Assembly (NCBI GenBank): GCA_964607485.1
Contig: CAZSKP010000030.1
Location: forward strand, 1-56,469
Direction: 5' to 3'
DNA: 56,469 nt
DNA from: an uncultured bacterium
Lineage (GTDB): Bacteria; Abyssobacteria; SURF-5
The notes beneath the pieces were generated by a model. That model was not told where the DNA came from and made no database searches. It saw only the letters and a program-made list of their open reading frames with translations. Below, in pieces: positions 1-10,235 of the stretch. The position numbers and the translations under genes were made by a program. Positions within the stretch are counted from its first letter, which is position 1. Every line of letters starts with the position of its first letter.

Positions 1-59
1 GAGAAGAGGTGCCCGCAACTTCACCTTTGGGCGCCGGCGAAGTCGTTTCATGATGAAAG

Positions 60-1082
60 GTGACTGATTTGCAGACGACTCTCATCATCACAATAGACAC
101 AGAGCCGGACAATCAGTGGAGTGCGGAAGGCCGCCGAAAGTGTTCTCTCGACAATATCCAGGCCCTCCCCCAACTCCAACGCCTCTTCGACGGACATGGC
201 GTTCGGCCCACTTATCTCGTGTGTTACGCGGTAGTTGAAAACAACAAGTCCGCGTCGGTGCTGAGAGAATTCTTGGAAAGCGGCCGATGCGAGATAGGCG
301 CGCACATGCATCCCTGGAATACGCCGCCGGTCGAAGCCTACGAACTGGAGAGCGCAGCATATCCGCATAGGCTAAGACCCGAGTTGCAGCGCGAAAAGAT
401 TGCGGCATTGACTGATTGCATTCTCAAAGTTTTCGGGGTAAAGCCCACTTCCTATCGTGCCGGTCGGGGGGGACTCAATGGAGAAAGCCTGCGCATATTG
501 CAGGAACTCGGATACGTCGTCGATACATCTATCATGCCGACCCAGAGTCCCCGCTTTCATGGATGCAGCCTATGGGCCTCCATGCCTCTGGAGCCATATT
601 TCCCCGGCTATGAGAACGTGTGCGCGCCCGGAACGAGCCCGATTCTTGAGGTTCCAATGACGGCGTCAGTCATTGGCGGGTGGTGGCACACGCTGACTTT
701 TTCCCGCCGAAGAAATCTGGGCTTGACGCCCTTTGACCGACTGTTTCGCAAGGCGGGTTGGGCCAGGACGGTTCGGCTCAGACCCTCATGGTCTTCGGCT
801 TCGGAGATGATTAGGCTATGCGAGATAATGCTGGAAAAGCGAGCGCCGGTGCTCAACATGATGTTTCATTCCAGCGAACTCATCCCCGGAACCAGCCCCT
901 ATGTCGGGACATCCAAAGAAGCTAGCCAACTTCTCGAAGATATTGAAGCTGTTTTGCGTTTCCTGATAGAGCGGCGACGTGCTCAATCGGCTACTTTGAC
1001 CGAATTCGCCGAAGCCTGGAGCGAGCGCTCGCGTTCCGATGTGCTCGAAAGCAGACAAGAAAAAGCCGTGGTAAGGAGTTAG
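60..1082 (+). CDS. Polysaccharide deacetylase-like protein (WalW/CE4-like)
   Basis: ITIDTE, EIGAHMHPW and PTSYRAGR motifs and MMFHSSEL; GTG start after AAAGG; polysaccharide cluster context. Confidence 0.8.
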   Translation: MTDLQTTLIITIDTEPDNQWSAEGRRKCSLDNIQALPQLQRLFDGHGVRPTYLVCYAVVENNKSASVLREFLESGRCEIGAHMHPWNTPPVEAYELESAAYPHRLRPELQREKIAALTDCILKVFGVKPTSYRAGRGGLNGESLRILQELGYVVDTSIMPTQSPRFHGCSLWASMPLEPYFPGYENVCAPGTSPILEVPMTASVIGGWWHTLTFSRRRNLGLTPFDRLFRKAGWARTVRLRPSWSSASEMIRLCEIMLEKRAPVLNMMFHSSELIPGTSPYVGTSKEASQLLEDIEAVLRFLIERRRAQSATLTEFAEAWSERSRSDVLESRQEKAVVRS

Positions 1083-1089
1083 GCCCTTC

Positions 1090-2259
1090 ATGGACGGAAC
1101 CAGAAGAATCAAGATCTTGTACATTCTCAATACGTTCGGAATCGGTGGGGCCGAGCGCCATTACACCGAGCTGCTGAAGCGAATAAGTCGATCGAATTTC
1201 GACGTTCTTGCATGTTGCCTCTGGAAGAGGGGCGAGTTGCTGAAGGAACTTGACAACGTTGATGTGGACATCGTTGACCTTGATCTCATGAAGAGATACT
1301 GGCAGCGTTTGCCCCTCGAGCTTTGGAATCTGCGCCGATGGATACATCGCGAACGCGTGGATATTGTGCACTCGTACCTCTTCCACTCAAATATCGTCGG
1401 AGCTCTTGCAGGGAGGCTTTCGGGAGTACGGGTGATTGTGAGCAAACGAGCGCTCAACACGACATGGATAACTCGGAAGCATGTAATGATTAACCGATTC
1501 GTCAATCGGTGCGCTGACAAGATCACCGTCGTTTCTGACGCGGTGGCCCGCTCCGTTATGGAATCGGAGAAGGTGCCGGCGGAAAAAATAGTCCGAATAT
1601 ACAACGGGGTGGATTTCGAAAAGATGTCTCGCCGCCAGATGGATCAAAAGGCGGCTCGACTCTCACTCGGCATTGAGAATGGAGGTCCCATTATCGGCAC
1701 GGTGGCACACCTGAGCAAGAAGAAGGGACACAGGTATTTGCTCGAGGCCGCGCGCGAAATCGTGGCGGATTTTCCCGACGCCGTCTTCCTCTGGGCGGGC
1801 GAAGGAGAGCTCGAAGGAGAACTTCGACAGCTTGCCATACAGTGGGAACTGGCAGGAAACATAAGATTTCTCGGGTACCGGCTGGACGTACCCTCGCTGC
1901 TTGAGGCACTCGACATGTTTGTCCTGCCTTCGGTCGAAGAGGGCATGCCGAATGCTTTGCTGGAGGCCATGGCCAAGAAGGTTCCTGTCGTCGCGACAGA
2001 CGTGGGTGGCAACCCAGAGGTCGTCGAACACGAACGCTCGGGGATTCTCGTGCCGCCCCAAAACGCCTCCGCGCTGGCCGGCGGGATGATGAGAATTCTG
2101 CGGCAGCCTTCCGTCGCGGCGTCAATGGCCGAGGCCGGGGCTCGGCGCGTGCGCGACCGTTTCAGAATTGAAGTTATGATTCAGGAAATCGAACAGCTTT
2201 ACAGAGATCTCATGAGCCGGGATTACAATTCCTCTCTGCGTCAAGCCTCCCCGGGCTGA
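1090..2259 (+). CDS. Glycosyltransferase family 4
   Basis: GGAER N-terminal motif; FVLPSVEEGMPNALLEAMA and ATDVGG GT-B motifs. Confidence 0.93.
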   Translation: MDGTRRIKILYILNTFGIGGAERHYTELLKRISRSNFDVLACCLWKRGELLKELDNVDVDIVDLDLMKRYWQRLPLELWNLRRWIHRERVDIVHSYLFHSNIVGALAGRLSGVRVIVSKRALNTTWITRKHVMINRFVNRCADKITVVSDAVARSVMESEKVPAEKIVRIYNGVDFEKMSRRQMDQKAARLSLGIENGGPIIGTVAHLSKKKGHRYLLEAAREIVADFPDAVFLWAGEGELEGELRQLAIQWELAGNIRFLGYRLDVPSLLEALDMFVLPSVEEGMPNALLEAMAKKVPVVATDVGGNPEVVEHERSGILVPPQNASALAGGMMRILRQPSVAASMAEAGARRVRDRFRIEVMIQEIEQLYRDLMSRDYNSSLRQASPG

Positions 2260-2308
2260 TGGGAGTATATCTGCAGGAAAAAGGAATATAACATAGGGCC
2301 GTCATAAA

Positions 2309-3694
2309 GTGAAACCGATTTACGAGAGCATATATTTGAAGAGTCCGATACTCTGTCAAAATGTCTGTGTGTCTCTATATGGCATATATCTCCACCGGCT
2401 TCGCTATGGAGGCATATGTGAGTCTGTCTATGAAGGTCTCAGGAAGAACGAGACGCTCTCCTTTGAACAGGTCAAAGAGCTGCAGAATGAACTCGTTAGA
2501 AGACATGTTCGACTTGCTTATGAACAGACCGATTACTATAGAGAGTTGTTCGATAAACTTCACATTGGTCCGGATGAAATAAGGAACGTGCAAGACCTGG
2601 CAAAGATTCCCGTCACCGAGAAAGATGAAGTGCGAAAGAATCCGCATCTTTTTGTCTCCAAGAAGTTGTCGAAACGCCGTCTTATCAAGATTAACACCAG
2701 CGGAACGACCGGAAAGCCACTGACGGTTGTTTTCGATAAGGATTCGCTCAGGAGATCGTATGCCTTCTTCATGAGGATAGCGGGATGGCATGGAATCCGC
2801 ATTAGGGACAACCGGGCGACATTTGGTGGCAGAGTGATTGTCCCTCCCGAGCAAAAGAAGCCGCCTTTCTGGCGCTACGATGCAGGCGAGAATAGTTTGC
2901 TTTTCTCTTCATATCACCTGACGCCGGAAAACCTCCCATATTACTATGAGAAGCTGGCGGACTTTCAACCCGTTGAAATTCGAGCTTATCCCTCCAGTCT
3001 TTACACCGTTGCATCATACATGAAGAGAGAAGGGCTGAGGGGTGTCACCCCAAAGGCAATTATCACTTCTGCCGAGACTTTGCTTCCCTATCAGAAGTCG
3101 GTCATCGAAGAGCAGTTTGACTGCACAATACGAGATCAGTACGGGTGCAGCGAAATGGTGGTAGTCGTCTCGCAGTGTGAAATGGGCACATATCACTTAC
3201 ACCCGGAATCGGGAGTTCTCGAAATACTGAAGAGGGATGCCGGGCTGGCGCTGGACAATGAGCGGGGGGAAATCGTCTGTACCGGTTTCATCAATCACGC
3301 AATGCCTCTCCTCCGCTATAGACTCGGAGACATCGGCGAACTGGATGAAAACGCAGAGTGCCCCTGCGGAAGGAATTTCCCTGTTCTCAGGGGGATTGAG
3401 GGCAGGATTGACGACTATATCGAGACGATCGATGGGCGCATGGTGGGAAGGCTTGACCCCATTTTCAAAGGAGCCCAAGGCATAACAGCGACGCAAATCG
3501 TGCAGACCTCCTCAAGAGATATTGTTTTGAGAATTCTCCCAGACCATGATTACAGGGAAGAGCATGGACTGAAAGTCGTCGGCGAACTCCGAAATCGAGT
3601 AGGAAATCAAATGGACATAAAGATCGTGCTCGTTGACTCTATCCCAAAGGAGAGTAACGGCAAGTTTCGCGCGGTGATTTCACACGCAAAATAA
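2309..3694 (+). CDS. CapK/phenylacetate-CoA ligase-like adenylate-forming enzyme
   Basis: TSGTTGKP P-loop, YGCSE, MPLLRYRLGD, EGRIDD and NGKFR motifs. Confidence 0.88.
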   Translation: MKPIYESIYLKSPILCQNVCVSLYGIYLHRLRYGGICESVYEGLRKNETLSFEQVKELQNELVRRHVRLAYEQTDYYRELFDKLHIGPDEIRNVQDLAKIPVTEKDEVRKNPHLFVSKKLSKRRLIKINTSGTTGKPLTVVFDKDSLRRSYAFFMRIAGWHGIRIRDNRATFGGRVIVPPEQKKPPFWRYDAGENSLLFSSYHLTPENLPYYYEKLADFQPVEIRAYPSSLYTVASYMKREGLRGVTPKAIITSAETLLPYQKSVIEEQFDCTIRDQYGCSEMVVVVSQCEMGTYHLHPESGVLEILKRDAGLALDNERGEIVCTGFINHAMPLLRYRLGDIGELDENAECPCGRNFPVLRGIEGRIDDYIETIDGRMVGRLDPIFKGAQGITATQIVQTSSRDIVLRILPDHDYREEHGLKVVGELRNRVGNQMDIKIVLVDSIPKESNGKFRAVISHAK

Positions 3695-3862
3695 TTCGAC
3701 CCGTCATGTGCACGTTTTGGATGCGTCCGATCTGAGGCTGGCAGGCCGCAAGGTAAATTGGTCGCATGTCGGGACATGGAAAACCCGGCGAGTCAACATC
3801 GAGACTTTCAGATAGAGAATATGACCGGAATGGCAAAGATTAGTGGGAGAATCTTCTAGCTA

Positions 3863-5128
3863 ATGTCTCCTGCAGTTCAAAACCCATCAGATTCCAGAAA
3901 GGTTGCTTTTATCGACACGGTGTTTCCCACCGTGGGGGTATTCATTGCCGCCGAGATAGAGCGCATACGGCAGGCAGGAGTGGATGTGCTCATCTTGCCG
4001 CTTCGCAGAGGAGCGTCTCCGTTTTGTCAGGAGGAGTATCACAACCTTATGCCCTTTGTGCTTTCCGGAAAATCCGTCTGGTCATTGCGGACGTTCGGTT
4101 CAGCGATTTGGCTCGCGTTCTCAAGGCCCCGGCTTATCCTCGAATCAATAGTGGATTCCCTTCGGGATTTGGGAAAGGACCCGACCTATTTCTTGAAAAC
4201 GGCCGCGATGTTGCCTAAGTGTGTGCTTCTGGCCGCCCTGGTGAGGCGGGAAGGGATTAGCCACATCCACGGAAATTGGGCGCACTATCCTGCAACTGCG
4301 GCCAGGTTTATCAGTCGATTGCTGGGCATCAATTATAGCTTTTCGGCGCACGCGGGCGCCGACATATACCGTCACCCTGCGGGATTGAAAGGAAAGATCA
4401 CTGAGGCCCTGTTCGTCAATACTTGCACGACGGCAAACCATCGATATCTTGAATCTCTGTGCGGTCACTCGCTCCAGGATAAAGTAAGAGTCATTTATCA
4501 CGGCATCAATCTCAAGCGCTTCGAGCCGTGTTCGAGCGAGCGCACCTATCCCCCGCTGGTATTGTCGGTCGGCACATTGACTGAAGCAAAGGGATTTCAT
4601 TATGCAATCGAAGCGTGCAGAATCCTTAAAGATAGGGGTTTGAATTTTCAATACATGATCATAGGCAGGGGGGAAAAAAGCTCGACGTTGAAACAACAAA
4701 TCCACCGATTGGGACTCGATGACTTAGTCATACTCCAAGACGAGATGCCTCACGTTGCGCTACGGGAGACTTATGCGCGCGCCACAGCCTTCCTCGCTCC
4801 TTCCGTTATCACAAAAGAGGGCGGGCGCGATGGCATCCCAAACGTCTTGGCGGAAGCAATGGCCATGGGCTTGGCCGTCATAGCATCCGACGTGTCGGGG
4901 ATTCCGGAGTTGGTGAAACACGAGAAAAATGGACTGTTGGCGCCCCCCGGAGATCCGGAAGCGTTGGCTGAGAGCATCGAACGACTGATGACCGATTCGG
5001 CTTTTCGCGAGAGATTAGGTGCGACGGCCAGGCGAAAGGTTCTGGCCGACTTCGACCGTACAAGGAATGCAGCCATGTTGTGTGGGCTTTTTCTTGAAAA
5101 GGTATTCAATGGCACGACGGGCAACTAA
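3863..5128 (+). CDS. Glycosyltransferase family 4 (WcaL-like)
   Basis: HIHGNW, SFSAHAGADI and RDGIPNVLAEAMA motifs. Confidence 0.9.
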   Translation: MSPAVQNPSDSRKVAFIDTVFPTVGVFIAAEIERIRQAGVDVLILPLRRGASPFCQEEYHNLMPFVLSGKSVWSLRTFGSAIWLAFSRPRLILESIVDSLRDLGKDPTYFLKTAAMLPKCVLLAALVRREGISHIHGNWAHYPATAARFISRLLGINYSFSAHAGADIYRHPAGLKGKITEALFVNTCTTANHRYLESLCGHSLQDKVRVIYHGINLKRFEPCSSERTYPPLVLSVGTLTEAKGFHYAIEACRILKDRGLNFQYMIIGRGEKSSTLKQQIHRLGLDDLVILQDEMPHVALRETYARATAFLAPSVITKEGGRDGIPNVLAEAMAMGLAVIASDVSGIPELVKHEKNGLLAPPGDPEALAESIERLMTDSAFRERLGATARRKVLADFDRTRNAAMLCGLFLEKVFNGTTGN

Positions 5129-5141
5129 AACAGAGAAAGAA

Positions 5142-6302
5142 ATGGATTGTTCCCGCCAAATCCGGGTTATGCATGTGATTCATTCCCTCGATGTAGGCGG
5201 CGCTGAAGAGATGGTCGCTAATTATGCCCGACATCTGGATAGAACCAGATTCAGCCCGAGCGTTTGCGCGCTCAGGAGCGGCGGCCGCTTATTCGATCAG
5301 CTAAAGCGCGAAGGCGTGCCCGCATTCTTGATTGGCAAGCGAGCTGGCGCTGACGCCCGAACTCTCTGGCGGCTGGTGCGACTGCTTCGGCGCGAGAAGA
5401 TTGACATACTCCACACGCACAACGCTTCCGCCCACGGCTGGGGACTCTTGGCGGCTGTGATTGCGCGCATACCCATTTTAGTGGCGACTGAACACAGCAT
5501 TCACTTTCCCGGACGAGGCGGCAAAATCTATCCTCTACTTCGACGGCTTTTTCGACACCGATTCGCCATCGTCATCTCATGTTCAGAACAAGTTCGCAAC
5601 GCTCAGCTTGCTCCTTGGCAATTGCCGGCGAAGAAGCATGTCGTCGTTCACAATGGGATTGACATCTCCCGGTACGAACCGCTGTCAAAGCTCGCCTCGA
5701 CGACGGAAGAGTTTCAACTCGAATCGAGCCGGCCGGTGGTTGGCACCATCGGAAGCCTGACCCTTCACAAGGGGCACATTTTCCTGATCGACGCCATCGT
5801 AAAGCTCCGCGAACTGGGCTTTGTACCACAAGTTCTGATTGTCGGAGACGGCCCGCTCCGGGGAGAATTGATGGCAAAGGTTGCCCTCCATGGACTGGAA
5901 GAACAGGTCTTGCTACTTGGAAGGAAGGACAATGTATCACAGATACTTCCGCACTTTGACATCTTCGTTCTCCCCTCATTGAGAGAAGGATTCCCGATCA
6001 CGATACTTGAGGCGATGGCGGCCGGACTCCCGGTCATTGCAACCGATGTTGGAGGCAACAGGGAAGCGATAGCGCATGGTGAAACAGGCCTGATTTTGCC
6101 GCCGGCTGACGCGGATGCACTGGTATCCGCACTGAGAACGATGATTGAGAATCCGGAGCATGCCCGCGAGATGGGCAAACGCGGAAGACGTCGAGCGATG
6201 GCAACGTTTCGTGTGGAGCGCATGATGACGGCCACAGAACGTCTCTACGAGGAGGCGTTGCAGCTTCGTTGCCCTGGCGCAAACGACTGCGACGGCACTT
6301 GA
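5142..6302 (+). CDS. Glycosyltransferase family 4
   Basis: HSLDVGGAE and FVLPSLREGFPITILEAMA; start moved to ATG 5142 just after the upstream stop (5109 is an alternative). Confidence 0.9.
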   Translation: MDCSRQIRVMHVIHSLDVGGAEEMVANYARHLDRTRFSPSVCALRSGGRLFDQLKREGVPAFLIGKRAGADARTLWRLVRLLRREKIDILHTHNASAHGWGLLAAVIARIPILVATEHSIHFPGRGGKIYPLLRRLFRHRFAIVISCSEQVRNAQLAPWQLPAKKHVVVHNGIDISRYEPLSKLASTTEEFQLESSRPVVGTIGSLTLHKGHIFLIDAIVKLRELGFVPQVLIVGDGPLRGELMAKVALHGLEEQVLLLGRKDNVSQILPHFDIFVLPSLREGFPITILEAMAAGLPVIATDVGGNREAIAHGETGLILPPADADALVSALRTMIENPEHAREMGKRGRRRAMATFRVERMMTATERLYEEALQLRCPGANDCDGT

Positions 6303-6330
6303 AGACACCGTTGTTATACAGGAGCATCGA

Positions 6331-7284
6331 ATGCGCAGAAATAGAAACGGGTTGTCATACGACATAACATGGCCGCGGGGCAAGCAATTCGCCTTCACCG
6401 TTTTTGACGACACCGATCTCGCGACCTTGGAAAACACGCAACCAGTCTATTCCCTCTTGGAAGACTTGGGATTCCGGACCACGAAGTCAGTCTGGCCAAT
6501 GCGGGGAAACAGGAAAGCATCATTTGACGGGACGACATGTGCGGATGCAAATTACGTGGCGTGGCTGCACAGACTCCAGAGCTCAGGCTTTGAGATCGCC
6601 TATCACATGAACACTTACCATACTTCGCTCCGCGAGGAGACCCGAGACGGTATCGAAAAGTTTCGCCAATTGTTCGGGGAGTATCCCACTACAATGGCTA
6701 ACCATACGGGATGCCGCGAAGCCATTTACTGGGGCGACTATCGATTGACAGGTATACATCAGCTGGTTTACAACTTGCTTACCCTTGGTCGGAAACGCAA
6801 GGAATATCGGGGACACTTGGAAGGAGACCCACATTTTTGGGGTGATTTCTGTCTCGATAAGATCAAGTACGTTCGTAACTTTGTTTTTTCCGACATAAAC
6901 ACGCTGAAGATGTGTCCCTTTATGCCATATCGTGATCCTGACAGGCCATACGTGAACTATTGGTTTGCCTCTTCGGAGGGGAAGGATGTCGATTCCTTCA
7001 ATGCATGCATCGCTGAACACCGCCAGGACCGGTTAGAAGAGGAGGGGGGCGTCTGCATCATGTATACCCATTTTGCCTCCGGATTCCTTGATGACGGTCG
7101 GCTCGAATCGCGTTTCGTGGCGCTTATGAAACGATTGAGTCAGAAGAACGGCTGGTTCGTGCCTGCGGCCACTTTGCTCGACTATCTCATGGAAAAGAAC
7201 GGCTGTCATACCATCACCGACGCCGAGCGGAGACAATTGGAACGACACTGGCTGCTGCACAAAATTTGGAGTGGGGCCACCTGA
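6331..7284 (+). CDS. Polysaccharide deacetylase-like protein
   Basis: WP-x-GKQFAFTVFDDTD, GFEIAYH and MYTHF, resembling a NodB/CE4-like barrel. Confidence 0.65.
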   Translation: MRRNRNGLSYDITWPRGKQFAFTVFDDTDLATLENTQPVYSLLEDLGFRTTKSVWPMRGNRKASFDGTTCADANYVAWLHRLQSSGFEIAYHMNTYHTSLREETRDGIEKFRQLFGEYPTTMANHTGCREAIYWGDYRLTGIHQLVYNLLTLGRKRKEYRGHLEGDPHFWGDFCLDKIKYVRNFVFSDINTLKMCPFMPYRDPDRPYVNYWFASSEGKDVDSFNACIAEHRQDRLEEEGGVCIMYTHFASGFLDDGRLESRFVALMKRLSQKNGWFVPAATLLDYLMEKNGCHTITDAERRQLERHWLLHKIWSGAT

Positions 7285-7461
7285 TATCCGGCTGCCGATG
7301 GGACCCATCACGCCGGGGGAAGGCCGGCACTGATGAAGGCGGATAGTGACAACGGAGCGAATGCAGGACATATGCGGTTCAGGACTGGTTCATGGCTAAG
7401 ACGCGGAGGAGCGATTCCGTTTACGGTCCAACGCATTCATAACTTACCCGAGGGATGAAGA

Positions 7462-8475
7462 ATGGCACTCGCGTGGAAGATGGTCGACCTGGAAACATGC
7501 GACTGGGACGAGTTGAATCGGTTCCCTGACCGAACGATTTTTCAAACTCCGGCATGGCTTGAGTTTATATCACGATCGCAACACGCCACGCCGGTCGTTG
7601 CCCGGCTTCACGACGACGGCCGAACCGTTGGATATTTCACGGGCTTGATCGTGAGGAAGTTCGGGCTGAGAATACTGGGCAGCCCGATGCCCGGCTGGAC
7701 CACCTCGTACTTGGGTTTCAATCTCTTGCCGGAATTTCCTCGAAGGGAAGCCCTTCGCGGATTGGCCCGTTTTGCGTTCAAGGAGTTGGGCTGCGTCCAT
7801 GTCGAGATTCTGGACCGACACATGACTCTCGAAGACGCTAAAGGTTTTGGATACGATTATCACACTTTTCCCACATATGAAATCGACCTGACGCAATCCG
7901 AAGACACTCTGTTTGCGAACATGACAAGCGCTTGCCGCCGGTGTATTCGCAAAGCACAAAAGTGCGGCGTTCAGATCGAAGAGGCCCACGACCTTGAGTT
8001 TGCAGATGAATACTATGCGCAGCTCGAGGAGGTGTTTGCCAAACAATCGCTGGTTCCCACCTACGAGCGTGAGCGGGTACGCGAATTGATTCGGCAGGTG
8101 CATCCTACGGGCTTGCTCTTGCTCCTGAGGGCCAGGAATCCCGAAGGACGGTGTATCGCCACGGGCATCTTCCCCGCAATGAACAGGACCATGTATTTTT
8201 GGGGAGGCGCCAGCTGGCGCAAAGATCAAATCCTCCGCCCGAATGAAGCCATACAGTGGTACGCCATGAATTACTGGAAGAAGCGTGACGTAAGAGAATA
8301 CGACATGGGCGGGGGAGGCGAGTATAAGAAAAAGTACGGAGCGCTTCGAATCGGCAGACCGTGGTTTCGAAAATCACGCTTTTCGCTTTTGATAAAGACG
8401 CGTGACTTGACCAAGAAATCGTTCCGTATCCGTCAGCGCCTCTTGGGTAAATTAAAGGCCCGCTCCGCAAATTGA
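7462..8475 (+). CDS. FemAB/GNAT-family acyl/aminoacyl transferase
   Basis: TIFQTPAW, RRCIRKAQK, RPNEAIQW and YDMGG..YKKKYG; family common in exosortase/EPS loci. Confidence 0.8.
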   Translation: MALAWKMVDLETCDWDELNRFPDRTIFQTPAWLEFISRSQHATPVVARLHDDGRTVGYFTGLIVRKFGLRILGSPMPGWTTSYLGFNLLPEFPRREALRGLARFAFKELGCVHVEILDRHMTLEDAKGFGYDYHTFPTYEIDLTQSEDTLFANMTSACRRCIRKAQKCGVQIEEAHDLEFADEYYAQLEEVFAKQSLVPTYERERVRELIRQVHPTGLLLLLRARNPEGRCIATGIFPAMNRTMYFWGGASWRKDQILRPNEAIQWYAMNYWKKRDVREYDMGGGGEYKKKYGALRIGRPWFRKSRFSLLIKTRDLTKKSFRIRQRLLGKLKARSAN

Positions 8476-8500
8476 CGGTCGAGGATAAGGAGGAAACCGA

Positions 8501-9355
8501 ATGTCGCCCCAGGCGAATGTCAGATTGAGGAGGAGACCATCACACGGGTCATGTTCTGATTCTCCTAAGACCGGAAACCCGGGCTTGGAGACGCGCGACA
8601 AGGGAACACTCAGTTTGCTGGAGCGAGAGGAGCTGTCCCTCGATGAGCTTCGCCGAAACTACATCAATAGCGTCGATGCCGGCAGCAAGACCTACGAGCA
8701 ACGCGGCAACCAGTATCGTCTAGAGGTTGAAAGGAAAGTCTACCTGGAGGAGGTGCTCCCTGAGGCTGAAGAGCTGGTTCTCGACGCCGGCTGCGGAACC
8801 GGCCATTATTTGCCGGACTTGCTCAAGAATAACATCAGGGTGATCGGATGCGATATGTCAATTGGCTGCCTCGAGATATGCCGAGAACGATGCGACGGCG
8901 TTGGAATTGGCCGACTTTCCGCGCTAAGAGCATCCGTGTGCAATCTGCCATTTGCCTCGAATAGCTTCGATAGAGTAATCACCCGGCATGTGCTCCAGCA
9001 TATTCCTCTTGCCTCAGAAAGGCTTCGCGCCCTTGAAGAATTTTGTCGCACACTGAGACCCGGGGGTTGGCTTCACATTGTCACTTACAATAGAAGCGTT
9101 CGACACGCCCTGAGAGGTAAAAAGGAGAATATTGTCGCAAAACGCTATTACTATTATCTATACTCGGCGCGAGAATTGACACGCGACATTAAATCCGTCT
9201 TTGGAAGACGTCCTAAAGTGCGCGGGGTTTGCAATACCATCCCGCTGTTACCACGTCTGGGGGCGTTGGGAGTATGGATTGACCAGCGCATGAGTCTATT
9301 ACCCTTAGCCTCTTGCTTGAATTCATATGTGCTCCTGGCGTCTGTGAGAAAATAG
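8501..9355 (+). CDS. Class I SAM-dependent methyltransferase
   Basis: VLDAGCGTG, LPFASNSFD and LRPGG; AAGGAGG RBS upstream. Confidence 0.88.
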   Translation: MSPQANVRLRRRPSHGSCSDSPKTGNPGLETRDKGTLSLLEREELSLDELRRNYINSVDAGSKTYEQRGNQYRLEVERKVYLEEVLPEAEELVLDAGCGTGHYLPDLLKNNIRVIGCDMSIGCLEICRERCDGVGIGRLSALRASVCNLPFASNSFDRVITRHVLQHIPLASERLRALEEFCRTLRPGGWLHIVTYNRSVRHALRGKKENIVAKRYYYYLYSARELTRDIKSVFGRRPKVRGVCNTIPLLPRLGALGVWIDQRMSLLPLASCLNSYVLLASVRK

Positions 9356-9431
9356 GCAGTAAGGGAGAAGGAGCGAGTGAGTCTCATAGCATTCCTCCAA
9401 AATCTATTCTACGTCCTGTTGGGGCACTCCA

Positions 9432-10109
9432 ATGAGCGTATTGTCTCGTAGCGTTCACGGTCTCAGAATGCACGGTTTAAGACGCATCGTGCAAAGCATC
9501 CTGAGTGTACTTCAAGATTACTGGTTCGACCTTGAGTATGGAGTAGAGACCGGAGCTCGCGTCAAGCTGGACGACCTAGAGATTCCAAGTGAAAACAAAA
9601 CGCGGGGAGTGGGATATGAGGGTACACGGGTAAGACATTTTGGAAAACTGATGAATATGCTGGAATTTCCCGACGACAGCGTCTTTGTCGATTTCGGCTC
9701 TGGCAAGGGGAGGATATTATTAGAAGCGACGAAATATGGCTTCAAGAGAGTCGTGGGAGTGGAATTCTCGCATGAGCTATGTGAAAAGGCAAGGGAGAAT
9801 CTATTCACTTATAAGAACAGGTCAAATGTGAACGTTGATGTTGAGATTGTCGAGTCCGACGCGGTCGACTATGAGATTATGGATGATGAGAATGTATTTT
9901 TCATGTTTAATCCTTTTGACGCAACAATATTGCGCGTCCTACTTGACAATATCGGCGCATCCCTCAAGAAAAAGCATAGAAAAATCTGGCTTATTTATAA
10001 CAAGCCTCTCTACAGAAGTGTCATCGATAACCATCAAACATTTGCGAGATTTGTGACCTACACCTATGGCGGGGGTGAATTCGATGTATATGTTAACAGA
10101 GATCCATAG
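9432..10109 (+). CDS. Class I SAM-dependent methyltransferase
   Basis: FVDFGSGKGR, GVEFS and FMFNPF motifs; visibly more AT-rich than its neighbours. Confidence 0.85.
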   Translation: MSVLSRSVHGLRMHGLRRIVQSILSVLQDYWFDLEYGVETGARVKLDDLEIPSENKTRGVGYEGTRVRHFGKLMNMLEFPDDSVFVDFGSGKGRILLEATKYGFKRVVGVEFSHELCEKARENLFTYKNRSNVNVDVEIVESDAVDYEIMDDENVFFMFNPFDATILRVLLDNIGASLKKKHRKIWLIYNKPLYRSVIDNHQTFARFVTYTYGGGEFDVYVNRDP

Positions 10110-10235
10110 CCAAACCTTTCCCATGAAGCTTACCGCCGGAGTCAAGAAGGCTTGTCGAGGGAAATGTCCGGGTGTCATGTCAGAAAAGACCAACAATCTC
10201 ACTGATAGATTAGTTTCTACTGCCTGGGAGAGACT

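Noticed and set aside
1-53. Possible 3' end of an upstream + strand gene (TGA at 51-53)
   Set aside because: Too short to identify
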